DNA of 34,368 nt from an uncultured Actinomycetota bacterium (GTDB lineage: Bacteria; Actinomycetota; Humimicrobiia; Humimicrobiales; Humimicrobiaceae), in NCBI GenBank assembly GCA_964481885.1, contig CAYZUS010000011.1, positions 1 to 34,368 of the forward strand. Direction: 5' to 3'. The notes beneath the pieces are model-generated. The model had not been told where the DNA came from and made no database searches. It saw only the letters and a list, made by a program, of their open reading frames with translations. This document shows positions 1 through 9,300 of this stretch, piece after piece. Position 1 is the first letter of the stretch; each line of letters begins with the position of its first letter. A program made the position numbers and the translations under genes.

Positions 1-43
1 CACTGCTATTTTAAAAAATCAATATTTCTGTTATTTTATTTCC

Positions 44-460
44 ATGGAAAAAATAAAAAGATTCGGTGTATCAATCGAAAGCCGGCTTCTTGAGCAATTC
101 GATTCCTATATTGCTGCAAATAACTATGAAAATCGTTCAGAAGCGATCCGCGACCTGATAAGAAAAGAGCTTGTTAAGGAAGAATGGGCCAAAACAAATG
201 AGGAGGTTGCAGGCGCCATAGTGATTGTCTATGACCACCACAAACGCGAGGTGGTCGACAAACTTCTTGATATCCAGCACGATTTTCACGAGTTAATTAT
301 TTCAAGCCAGCATATACACCTTGACCACAACAATTGCCTGGAGATAATAGTCGTAAGAGGAGCAATGTCCCAGGTAAATGACCTGGCAGCAAAACTCAAA
401 TCAATCAAAGGCGTAAAACATTCATCCCTCACCCAATCTACATTAGGTAAAAATATTTAG
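44..460 (+). CDS. nikR: Nickel-responsive transcriptional regulator NikR
   Basis: N-terminal ribbon-helix-helix (RFGVSIE...NRSEAIRDLIR) plus C-terminal metal-binding domain with the His/His/His/Cys Ni ligands (QHDF...SQHIHLDHNNCLE). Confidence 0.95.
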   Translation: MEKIKRFGVSIESRLLEQFDSYIAANNYENRSEAIRDLIRKELVKEEWAKTNEEVAGAIVIVYDHHKREVVDKLLDIQHDFHELIISSQHIHLDHNNCLEIIVVRGAMSQVNDLAAKLKSIKGVKHSSLTQSTLGKNI

Positions 461-629
461 CCAGGTTAAATATCAGGACTTATAACAGCCAAAGATTTAT
501 CTGCCCCGGTGCATAAAGTGCCAAAGGTAGTGGTGCCCCTGACAATTGAAAAGTCAAACCAAATTTTGGAAGAATTAGTTATATTAAAAGAGCTATTTAA
601 CTAAGGGTTGCAGTTTTTAATCAACTAAA

Positions 630-658
630 TAGACAGGTTTGGATTGAGCTATTATAAT
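630..658 (+). promoter_or_regulatory. sigma70/sigmaA-type promoter of the TA operon
   Basis: TAGACA (630-635), 17-bp spacer, TATAAT (653-658), about 45 bp upstream of the ATG at 703. Confidence 0.65.
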
Positions 659-665
659 AAACAAT

Positions 666-684
666 AACATTATTAAATTATGTT
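666..684. promoter_or_regulatory. Near-perfect palindrome just downstream of the predicted TSS; candidate TA autoregulation operator
   Basis: AACATTATTAAATTATGTT pairs at 8 of 9 arm positions. The sequence is AT-rich, so chance is not excluded. Confidence 0.35.
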
Positions 685-702
685 TTGATATGGGTGATTT
701 AT

Positions 703-996
703 ATGAAGGGCATCGAAGAAATAACAAAAATATTAAATAAAAATAAAACTCAATTCAAGAATAAGTTTAAAGTAAAAGAAATAGGTCTTTTTGGTTCTTA
801 TATAAAAAATGAGCAAACCAAAAAAAGTGATTTAGATATTCTTGTAGAATTTGAAAAACCGATTGATTTCTTTGATTATTTAGAGTTCGAGGAATACCTG
901 GCTGATTTATTAGGCATCAAAGTAGATTTGGTCATGAAAAAGGCATTAAAACCAAATATTGGGAGAAAAATATTAAAAGAGGTAATTTATGTCTGA
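703..996 (+). CDS. mntA: Minimal nucleotidyltransferase (MNT) antitoxin, MntA family
   Basis: GS-X10-DxD motif (GSYIKNEQTKKSDLD). Start moved from 685 to ATG 703, which follows a GGGTGA SD-like sequence. Overlaps the downstream HEPN gene by 8 nt. Confidence 0.9.
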   Translation: MKGIEEITKILNKNKTQFKNKFKVKEIGLFGSYIKNEQTKKSDLDILVEFEKPIDFFDYLEFEEYLADLLGIKVDLVMKKALKPNIGRKILKEVIYV

Positions 997-1345
997 AAAA
1001 CGAATATTTATTGATTCCCTGAATGATATTTTAAATGAGATAGATAGGATTATTAAATTTATTGATAAAATGACTTATGATGAATTTATCCAAGATGAAA
1101 AGACTATCTATGCAGTAGTAAGATCCTTTGAAATAATAGGAGAAGCAACAAAAAATATTCCAGATGATATAAAAGAAATTTATAATCAAGTCCCATGGGG
1201 AAAAATAAGCGGAATGCGAAATAAGCTCATACATGAATATTTTGGTGTTGACCTTGAGACTTTATGGAATACTATTAAAAATAGATTGCTTGAAATAAAA
1301 CCGCCAATATTAGAAATTTTAAATAATTTTAATTCTAAACAATAA
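989..1345 (+). CDS. hepT: HEPN/DUF86 ribonuclease toxin, HepT family
   Basis: RX4H RNase motif followed by Tyr (RNKLIHEY), plus EIIGEA and PW motifs typical of DUF86. Paired with MNT. Confidence 0.9.
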   Translation: MSEKRIFIDSLNDILNEIDRIIKFIDKMTYDEFIQDEKTIYAVVRSFEIIGEATKNIPDDIKEIYNQVPWGKISGMRNKLIHEYFGVDLETLWNTIKNRLLEIKPPILEILNNFNSKQ

Positions 1346-1459
1346 TTCCAAACGGAAAATATTATGGTGGCCAGATTAGGTTTTACCCATAAATAGAATT
1401 TGTATATACTTTAAATGGATTGCCCAGAAATTTGAAAGAGCTTATATTTAAGCTGGAAG

Positions 1460-1547
1460 TGGTGCCCGAGGCCGGAATCGAACCGGCACGAGGATAAACC
1501 TCAACGGATTTTAAGTCCGTTGCGTCTACCAATTCCGCCACTCGGGC
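1460..1547 (-). tRNA. tRNA-Leu(TAA), CCA encoded
   Basis: Reverse complement GCCCGAGTGGCGGAATTGGTAGACGCAACGGACTTAAAATCCGTTGAGGTTTATCCTCGTGCCGGTTCGATTCCGGCCTCGGGCACCA: acceptor stem GCCCGAG/CTCGGGC, anticodon arm ACGGA-CT-TAA-AA-TCCGT, long variable arm, GTTCGA T-loop. Confidence 0.97.
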
Positions 1548-1568
1548 ACTAAGTAGAATAACTGAGTA

Positions 1569-1597
1569 ATTTTAACAAAATTTAAATACTGTGTAAA
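1569..1597 (-). promoter_or_regulatory. Proximal tRNA promoter with extended -10
   Basis: Minus strand: TTTACA (1597-1592), 17 bp ending TG-T, TAAAAT (1574-1569). Predicted TSS is about 15 nt before the tRNA 5' end. Confidence 0.65.
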
Positions 1598-1610
1598 TGT
1601 TATTTGCCCC

Positions 1611-1639
1611 ATTATTTTAAATGCTACCTTTACTGTCAA
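1611..1639 (-). promoter_or_regulatory. Distal (tandem) tRNA promoter
   Basis: Minus strand: TTGACA (1639-1634), 17 bp, AATAAT (1616-1611). Confidence 0.5.
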
Positions 1640-1678
1640 GTTGTTCATACTTTATTTACATTGCCCGCCTTCTTTTAA

Positions 1679-1831
1679 AAAATAACACGGGCCCGTAACG
1701 TAACAATTCCGATCAGTGCCCCTGACCTGGTCATGCTGCTGGTATTTTATTTATATCATCCTTATGTTTTTAAAATAACACGGACCCGTAACAGTTCCAA
1801 TTAGTGACCCCGCCTCGTGCCTGGTGTTATT
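1679..1831. repeat. Two diverged copies of a 60-75 bp element (REP/MITE-like)
   Basis: AAAATAACACGG(G/A)CCCGTAAC at 1679-1699 and 1772-1792 (20/21 identical), with similarity continuing through TTCC..AGTG.CCC..CTGGT. Copy 2 has terminal inverted repeats AATAACAC (1774-1781) and GTGTTATT (1824-1831). Confidence 0.7.
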
Positions 1832-1895
1832 ATTATTCAATTACATTTACTGGCCCAAGTTTTTATTGAAGCTTTATTAAAATGTTGTTAATGTA

Positions 1896-2891
1896 TCAGG
1901 GAGCCAGGCTTCCTAAAATTCCATCAAGTATATCATTTTCACTGACCATAATACTTTCCAGTTCCAGCATTTCCAGGATTTTTAAAAGTATTGCGGTCCC
2001 GCCAATAATTATATCGGCCCTCGCCGGTTCAAGCCCTTTTATCTTCTTTCGTGTTTTCAGGTCCGATGAGCAAAATCCTTCAAAAATATCTCTGACTCTT
2101 TCCCTTTGCAGGATATGTCCGTGTATTTTCTCCCTGTCATATTTCTCAATTTTAAGGTCTACGGAACTCAGGCTCGATACCGTTCCTGCAAGTCCTGTCA
2201 TAAAAACAAAACCATTTCGCAATATATTTTCAACTGTATTTTTTAGTTTATTTTCTGTGAAATCAAGCAAATCCGTGATTGATCTGTTATCCGGTATCTT
2301 TGTATCAGGAATTCCGGCTTCCAGGAACTTCTCGGATAACATAACTGAACCAATATCAACACTGTCAAGATAAGTCACTGTCCCCTCTTCTGCGTTTCCC
2401 AGGATAAATTCTGTGCTGCCCCCTCCAATATCGACCACCAGTGTATTTTTACTTTTTTCATTTCTTTTTGTAATTTTTCCAGATATTGTGGATATTTTAT
2501 CTGAGTAAATCCCCTTTATTGCACCTGAAAAACTTAAATATGCCTCTTCGCTACCTGAAATAACCTCTACATTTAAGCCGGTCTCATGAAAAACCCGGTT
2601 CACAAATTCATCTGAATTTTCCGCCAGTCTTAAAACCCTGGTACCCACAGCTCTGTACTTTGAGACGTCATTTGATTTAAGTAAGGATTGATACTCCTTC
2701 AAAACTTCAACAGTAAGAAAAGCATTATCATTGCTGATTATCCCGGATTGTCCGATGTTCTTTCCGAGCCGAGTGATTTTCATTTCCCGAAGAAGCGGTA
2801 TCGTTGTGATTTTGTTTTCTCTGCTTTTTTCTACCTGAGATAACAGAAGTCTTGTTGAATTTGTCCCGATATCTATTGCGGCAAGTTTCAT
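1896..2891 (-). CDS. ppx: Ppx/GppA family exopolyphosphatase (short, Ppx2-like form)
   Basis: AAIDIGTNSTRL, ISGSEEA, VDIGGGSTE and RADII motifs. Confidence 0.93.
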   Translation of the reverse strand: MKLAAIDIGTNSTRLLLSQVEKSRENKITTIPLLREMKITRLGKNIGQSGIISNDNAFLTVEVLKEYQSLLKSNDVSKYRAVGTRVLRLAENSDEFVNRVFHETGLNVEVISGSEEAYLSFSGAIKGIYSDKISTISGKITKRNEKSKNTLVVDIGGGSTEFILGNAEEGTVTYLDSVDIGSVMLSEKFLEAGIPDTKIPDNRSITDLLDFTENKLKNTVENILRNGFVFMTGLAGTVSSLSSVDLKIEKYDREKIHGHILQRERVRDIFEGFCSSDLKTRKKIKGLEPARADIIIGGTAILLKILEMLELESIMVSENDILDGILGSLAP

Positions 2892-2984
2892 TATAAAAAA
2901 TAATTAGGGGCAGGGGCCATATTTCGAATTGATAAATGCGGCTGAGTAAGGTCCGTCTGAGTAAAAAGTTAAAACAAAAGAATA

Positions 2985-3446
2985 TTAATTTTGCCTGATT
3001 TCAATATCGTAAAAAATCTTTAAATTGTCCCACAGAGCAGCATCACTGTATGCCCCCTCTGGTAAAGTTTGTTTGGAACCGGCATTTTCAGTATTTTTTT
3101 CATCGGTGCCGGAAAGAGCAGAGCCACTTTTCAAATCCTCAACAATTTCTACAAAATAATTTGTCTCGAATCCTTTAATCATATTGAACTGCTTTCTTGC
3201 CTCAGCTTCTATTGCTTCCTTTCCATAAAGGCTTTTCTCCTGTGCAAGCAGCTTTATATTGTTCTGTCTGTTGCTGTCGAGTTCCTGCTCAAGCTCAAAT
3301 AACTTTCCCCTGCTCTGGATGATGTTTGTTATCTGGCTGATTGAGGAAAATACCATTACGAGGATAAAAACAATAAATATGGCAACGAAAATATTAATCT
3401 TCGTTTTCCTGGAAAGACCGCCAATTTCTTTAACGTTTTTTTCCAT
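2985..3446 (-). CDS. Septum formation initiator, DivIC/FtsB family
   Basis: Short basic N-terminus, single TM, coiled coil, then IEAEARKQFNMIKGFE (matches the E..AR..LGM.K.GE signature). Syntenic position upstream of ppx. Confidence 0.75.
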   Translation of the reverse strand: MEKNVKEIGGLSRKTKINIFVAIFIVFILVMVFSSISQITNIIQSRGKLFELEQELDSNRQNNIKLLAQEKSLYGKEAIEAEARKQFNMIKGFETNYFVEIVEDLKSGSALSGTDEKNTENAGSKQTLPEGAYSDAALWDNLKIFYDIEIRQN

Positions 3447-3699
3447 ATCTGCCTTACTGCATTTTTATAAGCCGCACAGAAACATTTAAGTCAGCTCAAT
3501 GGCTTTAAATGTTTAAACGACTCTATAATTACTTTGATTGGACCGAAAATATTTCCATTAAACAACAGCCAAAACCCTGATAATGCCTCCATATGGCTCT
3601 GCTTATTCTAACGGAAAAATCAACTCTTCGGTTGTTTCTTTTTTTTAAGATAAAAATAATTAAATATTTCTTAATACAAGTATATCATAAATCAGGAAA

Positions 3700-4578
3700 T
3701 TACAAAATTTTTCTGCCTTGCCCCTTATTGTCCTGCAACTCTCGTTTTGCAGTTTCCCAAAGCTTGTCTTTCTCTTCAAGGGAAAGATTTTTAAAGTCCA
3801 GTTTGTTTTCCAGGGCATATTTTTCCATTAAATCAAATCTTTCGATAAACTTTTTGCATGTTCCTTTAAGAGCCTGTTCACTGTCTATATTGATATGCCT
3901 TGTCAGGTTTACAATACTGAATAGCAGGTCGCCAGATTCATCGTAAATGCCTGTTTTTTCTCCAGCCTTTAGTTCTTTTTCAAGCTCATCGGCTTCTTCC
4001 CTTATTTTGGAAATAACGTCTTCAGGATTTTCCCAGTCAAAACCATATCTTGCCGCCCTGGTCTGTATCTCATAGGCATAATGAAGTGCAGGCAGCAGTT
4101 TTGGAATATTGGAAAATATTGAAAAGTTATCAGAAAGTTTGTTTTTTCTTTCTTCCTTTTTTATGTCTTCCCAGTTCTCAAGGACCTCCCTGCTGCTGGC
4201 TACAGTTTCTCCAGCAAAAACATGTGGATGCCTCCTGACAAGCTTCTTTATGATACCCAGGATAACATCGTTTACATTAAATTCTTTATTTTCAACTGCT
4301 ATCTGGCTGTGAAATACGACCTGTAGAAGAATATCACCGAGCTCTTCTTTTAAGTCCTGGTAGTTTTTTTCTTCAATAGAATCAACTGCTTCGTATGCTT
4401 CTTCTACAATATTTCTCTTTATCGTGTCATGTGTCTGTTCACGGTCCCACATGCAGCCTTTGTCTGAACGCAATACAGACATAACCCCTATTAAAACATT
4501 AAATAATTCTCCTGAATCTGAAATGTTATCTATCCGGCCTATATTTTCAAATATGTCTGTATAACTTCTATTTTGCAT
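3700..4578 (-). CDS. mazG: Nucleoside triphosphate pyrophosphohydrolase MazG
   Basis: GCMWDREQTH, EEAYE, EELGDILLQVVFH, KLVRRHPHVF and a second MazG domain (GFDW...KIREE...GDLLF). Confidence 0.95.
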   Translation of the reverse strand: MQNRSYTDIFENIGRIDNISDSGELFNVLIGVMSVLRSDKGCMWDREQTHDTIKRNIVEEAYEAVDSIEEKNYQDLKEELGDILLQVVFHSQIAVENKEFNVNDVILGIIKKLVRRHPHVFAGETVASSREVLENWEDIKKEERKNKLSDNFSIFSNIPKLLPALHYAYEIQTRAARYGFDWENPEDVISKIREEADELEKELKAGEKTGIYDESGDLLFSIVNLTRHINIDSEQALKGTCKKFIERFDLMEKYALENKLDFKNLSLEEKDKLWETAKRELQDNKGQGRKIL

Positions 4579-4599
4579 AAGTTTTAATCCTGAAATTTC

Positions 4600-6012
4600 T
4601 TATGACCCGGATGCGGTATCAGCAGGCAGCGCAGTCGTCTCGGCCGGCTGAGTTGTTGATGATGCACCGGTATCTGTGCCCGCGGTTTGCCTGTCCAGCA
4701 ATGCTCCCTTGAGTGTGGTTGTGTAAACCACTTTTGAAGCATCCACCAGAGAGTAAACAAAATTCTGCCACTCTTCCATCTGTTTGTTGCTTAAAAGATA
4801 AGATTTAACCGTATCTTTAACCTCATCAAATGTCTGGATATATGATTCTTTTTTCTCTGATACCTTAAGAATATGGTATCCATAAGTAGTTTCAACAACT
4901 TCACTTAACTTGCCAACTTCAAGCGCAAAAGCGGCAGCTTCGAATTCAGGTACTGTCTGGCCCGCACTAATATAACCTATGTCACCACCGGCGGGAACAC
5001 TGGCGGTATCTTCAGAATATTTTGTGACCATTTCAGTAAAATCAGCGCCATTTTCTAACTGGCTCGCCACGTCATCGATTCTCTTTTTTGCTTCTGCCTT
5101 TACAGCTTCTGTCACTGTTTCACCTGTGGCAACGTTAAATTTAATAAGTATATGGCTCACCTTTACCTGATCGGGTACTTTAAATAAAGTTTCTCTGTTG
5201 TCTTCATAGTATTTCTGGGTTTCAGCGTCTGATACTACAGTTTTTTCTGTCACCTTTGCATAAACTTTATCCCTTAAAAGCTGGCTCTTTATCTGCTCGT
5301 CAAGGAATGGTCTGTCTATTTTCCTGTCTATCAGGTCCTGCTCAAAAGCTTCCGGAGAAGCGTAGCTCTTCACCAGATTATCATATTCCACAGCCATCTC
5401 AGCATCCGTTACTGCAAAACCATTTTTAGCTCCATACTGGTCCAAAAGTTTTAGTACAGCAATAGAATCAACTATATTCTGCTGAAGTACAAGATATTGA
5501 GGATCGGTCTCTGCAGGAACAGAGGCAGGATCCTGGTTTTTTAAAAAAACAAGATATTTGTCAAGTTCCTTTTGAGTTACTTTTCCACCATCAAATTTGG
5601 CGAGTGTTTTTGTCATATCAAATGCCTGGCCAAATATTCCTGATAAAGCCCCTGTGGAAAGAACTAACCATAGAATAACAGCGATAATCCCGGCTCCCAA
5701 AACAGAAGCGGCCACAATAATGCCTGTCTTTCCTTTTTTGGTTATCCTGGACCTTTGCAGTTCCTTTATGGCTTCTTTTCTTCTGTTCTTTTCTTCATCT
5801 TTTATCTGCCTTTTTTCCACTTTCTTGCTTCTTTTGACTTTGGCTTCAGGTTCCTCTTTTGAAGGCATATCATTATCCCAGTGATAAGTTTCTTTAATAT
5901 CTTTTTTTGGCTCTGATGCCTGTATCTCTCTGCCGCAATTATCACATACCTTTTTATTATCAGTGATCTTGGCTCCACAGCCGGGACATTCTAAAATTAT
6001 ATTTTCGCCCAT
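4600..6012 (-). CDS. PrsA/SurA-like parvulin peptidyl-prolyl isomerase with N-terminal zinc ribbon and TM anchor
   Basis: Parvulin motifs SHILI, YSEDTAS, GGDIG, PEFEAAAF, ETTYGYHIL. N-terminal CPGC-x9-CDNC. Start set at ATG 6012 after an AAAGGAG SD (ORF track starts at 6048). Confidence 0.88.
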   Translation of the reverse strand: MGENIILECPGCGAKITDNKKVCDNCGREIQASEPKKDIKETYHWDNDMPSKEEPEAKVKRSKKVEKRQIKDEEKNRRKEAIKELQRSRITKKGKTGIIVAASVLGAGIIAVILWLVLSTGALSGIFGQAFDMTKTLAKFDGGKVTQKELDKYLVFLKNQDPASVPAETDPQYLVLQQNIVDSIAVLKLLDQYGAKNGFAVTDAEMAVEYDNLVKSYASPEAFEQDLIDRKIDRPFLDEQIKSQLLRDKVYAKVTEKTVVSDAETQKYYEDNRETLFKVPDQVKVSHILIKFNVATGETVTEAVKAEAKKRIDDVASQLENGADFTEMVTKYSEDTASVPAGGDIGYISAGQTVPEFEAAAFALEVGKLSEVVETTYGYHILKVSEKKESYIQTFDEVKDTVKSYLLSNKQMEEWQNFVYSLVDASKVVYTTTLKGALLDRQTAGTDTGASSTTQPAETTALPADTASGS

Positions 6013-6322
6013 TCTAGACTTTTCTCCTTTTAATAGAAAATAAAACAATATTTTTTTACATCAAGAAAACTTGTGTTAAATACAACTTCCAAAGAGGATA
6101 TATTATATTAAATTTTTAACAATTACAGCAATAATATCTAAAAGATTTTAATTTTTATTGGTTTCTTTTGCAAATATATCAGGTATCTGATATCTGTTTT
6201 ACCTTAATAAAGCCTGGAGATACAGCGTTTTGGTATTATTTCAGTACAGCAGTTCCCCATTAAATAAAATTTCTTTTAAGAAATTATAAATTTTCCTGAT
6301 TTTTGGAGGCCAAAGGCAGCAG

Positions 6323-9300
6323 TCATGTCACTAAAGACTGTCCAATTATACTGATTTCTTTTAAACAGCTCAGAACCAAATCAAGACTTATGTCCTTGTC
6401 AGAATTCCTGACAATTACTTCCCTGTTTTTATAGATATAAACAAGCCTTGGATTCTTTATAATAAGAAGCCTTGCTTTCTCCGGAGTGTAATTTAATTTC
6501 CTGAAGATTATCCCCTTGTATTTTGAAAAAACAATTTGCTCTATTTGTGCCTTTTTTGCAATCTGTTTTAGCCTTGATATTTTTATAAGATTTAAAAGCA
6601 CCTCGGGTATGCTGCCATATCTTTCCTGGATTTTGCTTTCGATTTCACCTGCCTGGGCCTGGGTTTTTACATTACCCAGTGCTTTATAGATATTAATTCT
6701 CTCTTTTTCATTTCTTACAAAATTCCTGGGAATGTATGCACTGAAAGGAAGTTCTATCTGTACTGTTATATCTTCAGGAACCAGTTCGCCTTTAAGCCTG
6801 TCCACTTCTTCCTTTATAATCTGGCAATACATGTCAAAGCCAACACTGTTTATGTGGCCGCTCTGCTTGGCCCCCAGCAGTTCACCTGCACCCCTTAGCT
6901 CAAGATCTTTCATTGCTATCCTGTAACCTGAGCCCAGCTCTGTATATTCTGCAAGAGTTTTAAGCCTCTGAAATGCGGCGAGATTTAAAAATTTCCTGCT
7001 CGGATAAAAAAGGTAGGCGTATGCTTTTTCAGATGAGCGGCCGACCCTTCCCCTTATCTGGTAAAGCTGGGACAGGCCAAACCGGTGAGAATCTTCCACA
7101 ATAAGAGTATTAACATTACTTATATCCATACCCGACTCTATTATTGAAGTTGTAAGAAGAATGTCATATTTTTTATCAAGGAAGTCTTTCATTATTTTTT
7201 CAATTTCTCTGCCTTCCATCCTTCCATGGGTCAGCGCAATCCTGGCTTCCGGAATCAGTACTTTAAGCTTGTACTGTTTTTCCTGGATGTCTCTTATCCT
7301 GTTGTGAACATAATATATCTGTCCTCCTCTTGCTTTTTCCCTCTCAATGGCCATTTTAATGACATTGTCACTTTTCTCACCTACAAAAGTCTCTATGGGA
7401 AATCTTCCTGATGGAAATGTTTCGATTAAAACAATATCTCTTATTCCGGTAAGAGACATATAAAGCGTTCTGGGAATAGGGGTGGCCGACAAAGTAAGAA
7501 CATCGACTTCTTTCTTTAAAAGTTTTATTTTTTCCTTTGTATTTACTCCAAATCTCTGTTCCTCGTCAACAACAATAAGCCCCAAATCTTTTGGCACTAC
7601 GTCCTTTGAGAGCAGCCTGTGGGTCCCGATAAGCATATCTATCTTCCCGTCTGCAAAATCTTCAATTATTTTTTTTTGCTGGGAGCTGCTTCTGAATCTG
7701 CTTATTACATCCACCATTACAGGAAAATTCTTATACCGCTCGCTGAAAGTCCTGAAATGCTGGTCGGCAAGAATTGTTGTAGGAACAAGCATCATAACCT
7801 GCTTGCCATTTTCAATTGCTTTAAATACCGCCCTTACGGCTACTTCGGTTTTGCCGAATCCAACATCTCCGCATACAAGAACATCCATCGGCTTTAAATT
7901 TTCCATAAGCGCTTTGACATAATTGATTGCTTTTTCCTGGTCAGCTGTCTCTACAAACGGAAAAAGGTCCTCCATCTCCTTCTGCCAGACGCTGTCAGGG
8001 CCAAAAGCAAATCCCTGTGCAGAATTTCTTACGGCATAAAGCGCTGCCAGGTCAACAGCAAGCTTATGTACCGATGCCCTGACTTTTTTTGTAAGATTCT
8101 CCCATTGCTTTGAATTTAGCGCGGAGACCGTCGGAGAACTGTCGCCAATATATTTGTGTATCCTGTCTGACTGCCAGGTGGGAACATAGAGCCTGTCATT
8201 GTTTGAATATTCTATCAGGAAATATTCTCTTTTATTTCCATTAACCTGCTCAGAAATAATTTCCAGGTATTTTCCGATTCCGTGAGTTTTGTGGACAACA
8301 TAATCTCCCTGCTCAAAATCCTCTGCCCTTTTTTCAACACGGTTTTTTTGCTCGGCCCCATATTCAAGCTGCTCATATATGTCAAGCTCTCCGTAAAGTG
8401 AAATATTCTTTGACTGATAACCTCCCAGCAGGTCCATATCGAACATGTTTGCCCTGCCCGGATAAAATTCAACGGCCCTGTCCCCATGGGCGGCCATTCC
8501 TCCACCAGCATCTCCGGCCCCTTCGGCCTCAGCCTCACCCCGATAAAAAGCAGCAACTCCGTCCCCGGCGTTTCCGCTTTTGTCGAAAAAATTCTCGAAT
8601 GAAATCCCATTATCAACCAGTATTCCGGAAATCTTTTCGAGTCTTTTACGGTTTTTTAAAGAAATAACAGGAATCTTTTTATTTTTAATATCTTTTTTTA
8701 AATTTTGTATGAAAATCTCGGAATTTCCAAAGCTTTTCTTCTGTCTTGTAATATCATCAAAAGAAAAGATATTTGCGCCCGTGCTCTCCATCCTCAGGGA
8801 CAGCAAATCAAGTTTGTACTTTATTTTTTTGACATCCCCTTCTTCCAAAAAATCCTCATCAATAAAATTTTTTACTATATAGGACTCTTCCTTTTTCCTG
8901 ACGGCAGCTGGATTTTTTTGGTCGTTTCTAAACACCGCCTGGTCCCTGGACTGATCCGGGACTTCAAGGGATTTATATATTATGTCAAGATCGCTTTTTA
9001 TCTTTAGCGTTGTTTCCACAGGATCACAGACTATGAGCGCATATTCGTCAATACATGCGCTGATAAAGGCCGGCAGGCTTAACTTTTCAGCAGCCTCAGC
9101 CTTAACCGGTATCTCGCCATTTTCAGAGCCAATGGACCTGTCATCCATCAGTCTTTCATCGCCTGAATTTTCCCCAAGGATATCCGTGTTGGGGAAAATG
9201 GAGACCTCCCGTATATTTGCGTATATTTTTTGGTCCCCTGTATCATAAATAAAAATCCTTTCCACGGTATTGCCGAAGAAATCAATTCTCACAGGATTTG

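Noticed and set aside
460-1460. Intact integrase, transposase or prophage at the tRNA
   Set aside because: No recombinase or phage ORF is present; only the TA pair and a 10-bp att-like match.
3593-3946. 117-aa plus-strand ORF and possible eno remnant between mazG and divIC
   Set aside because: It is largely antisense to mazG, and no enolase-like residues were recognisable in the gap.
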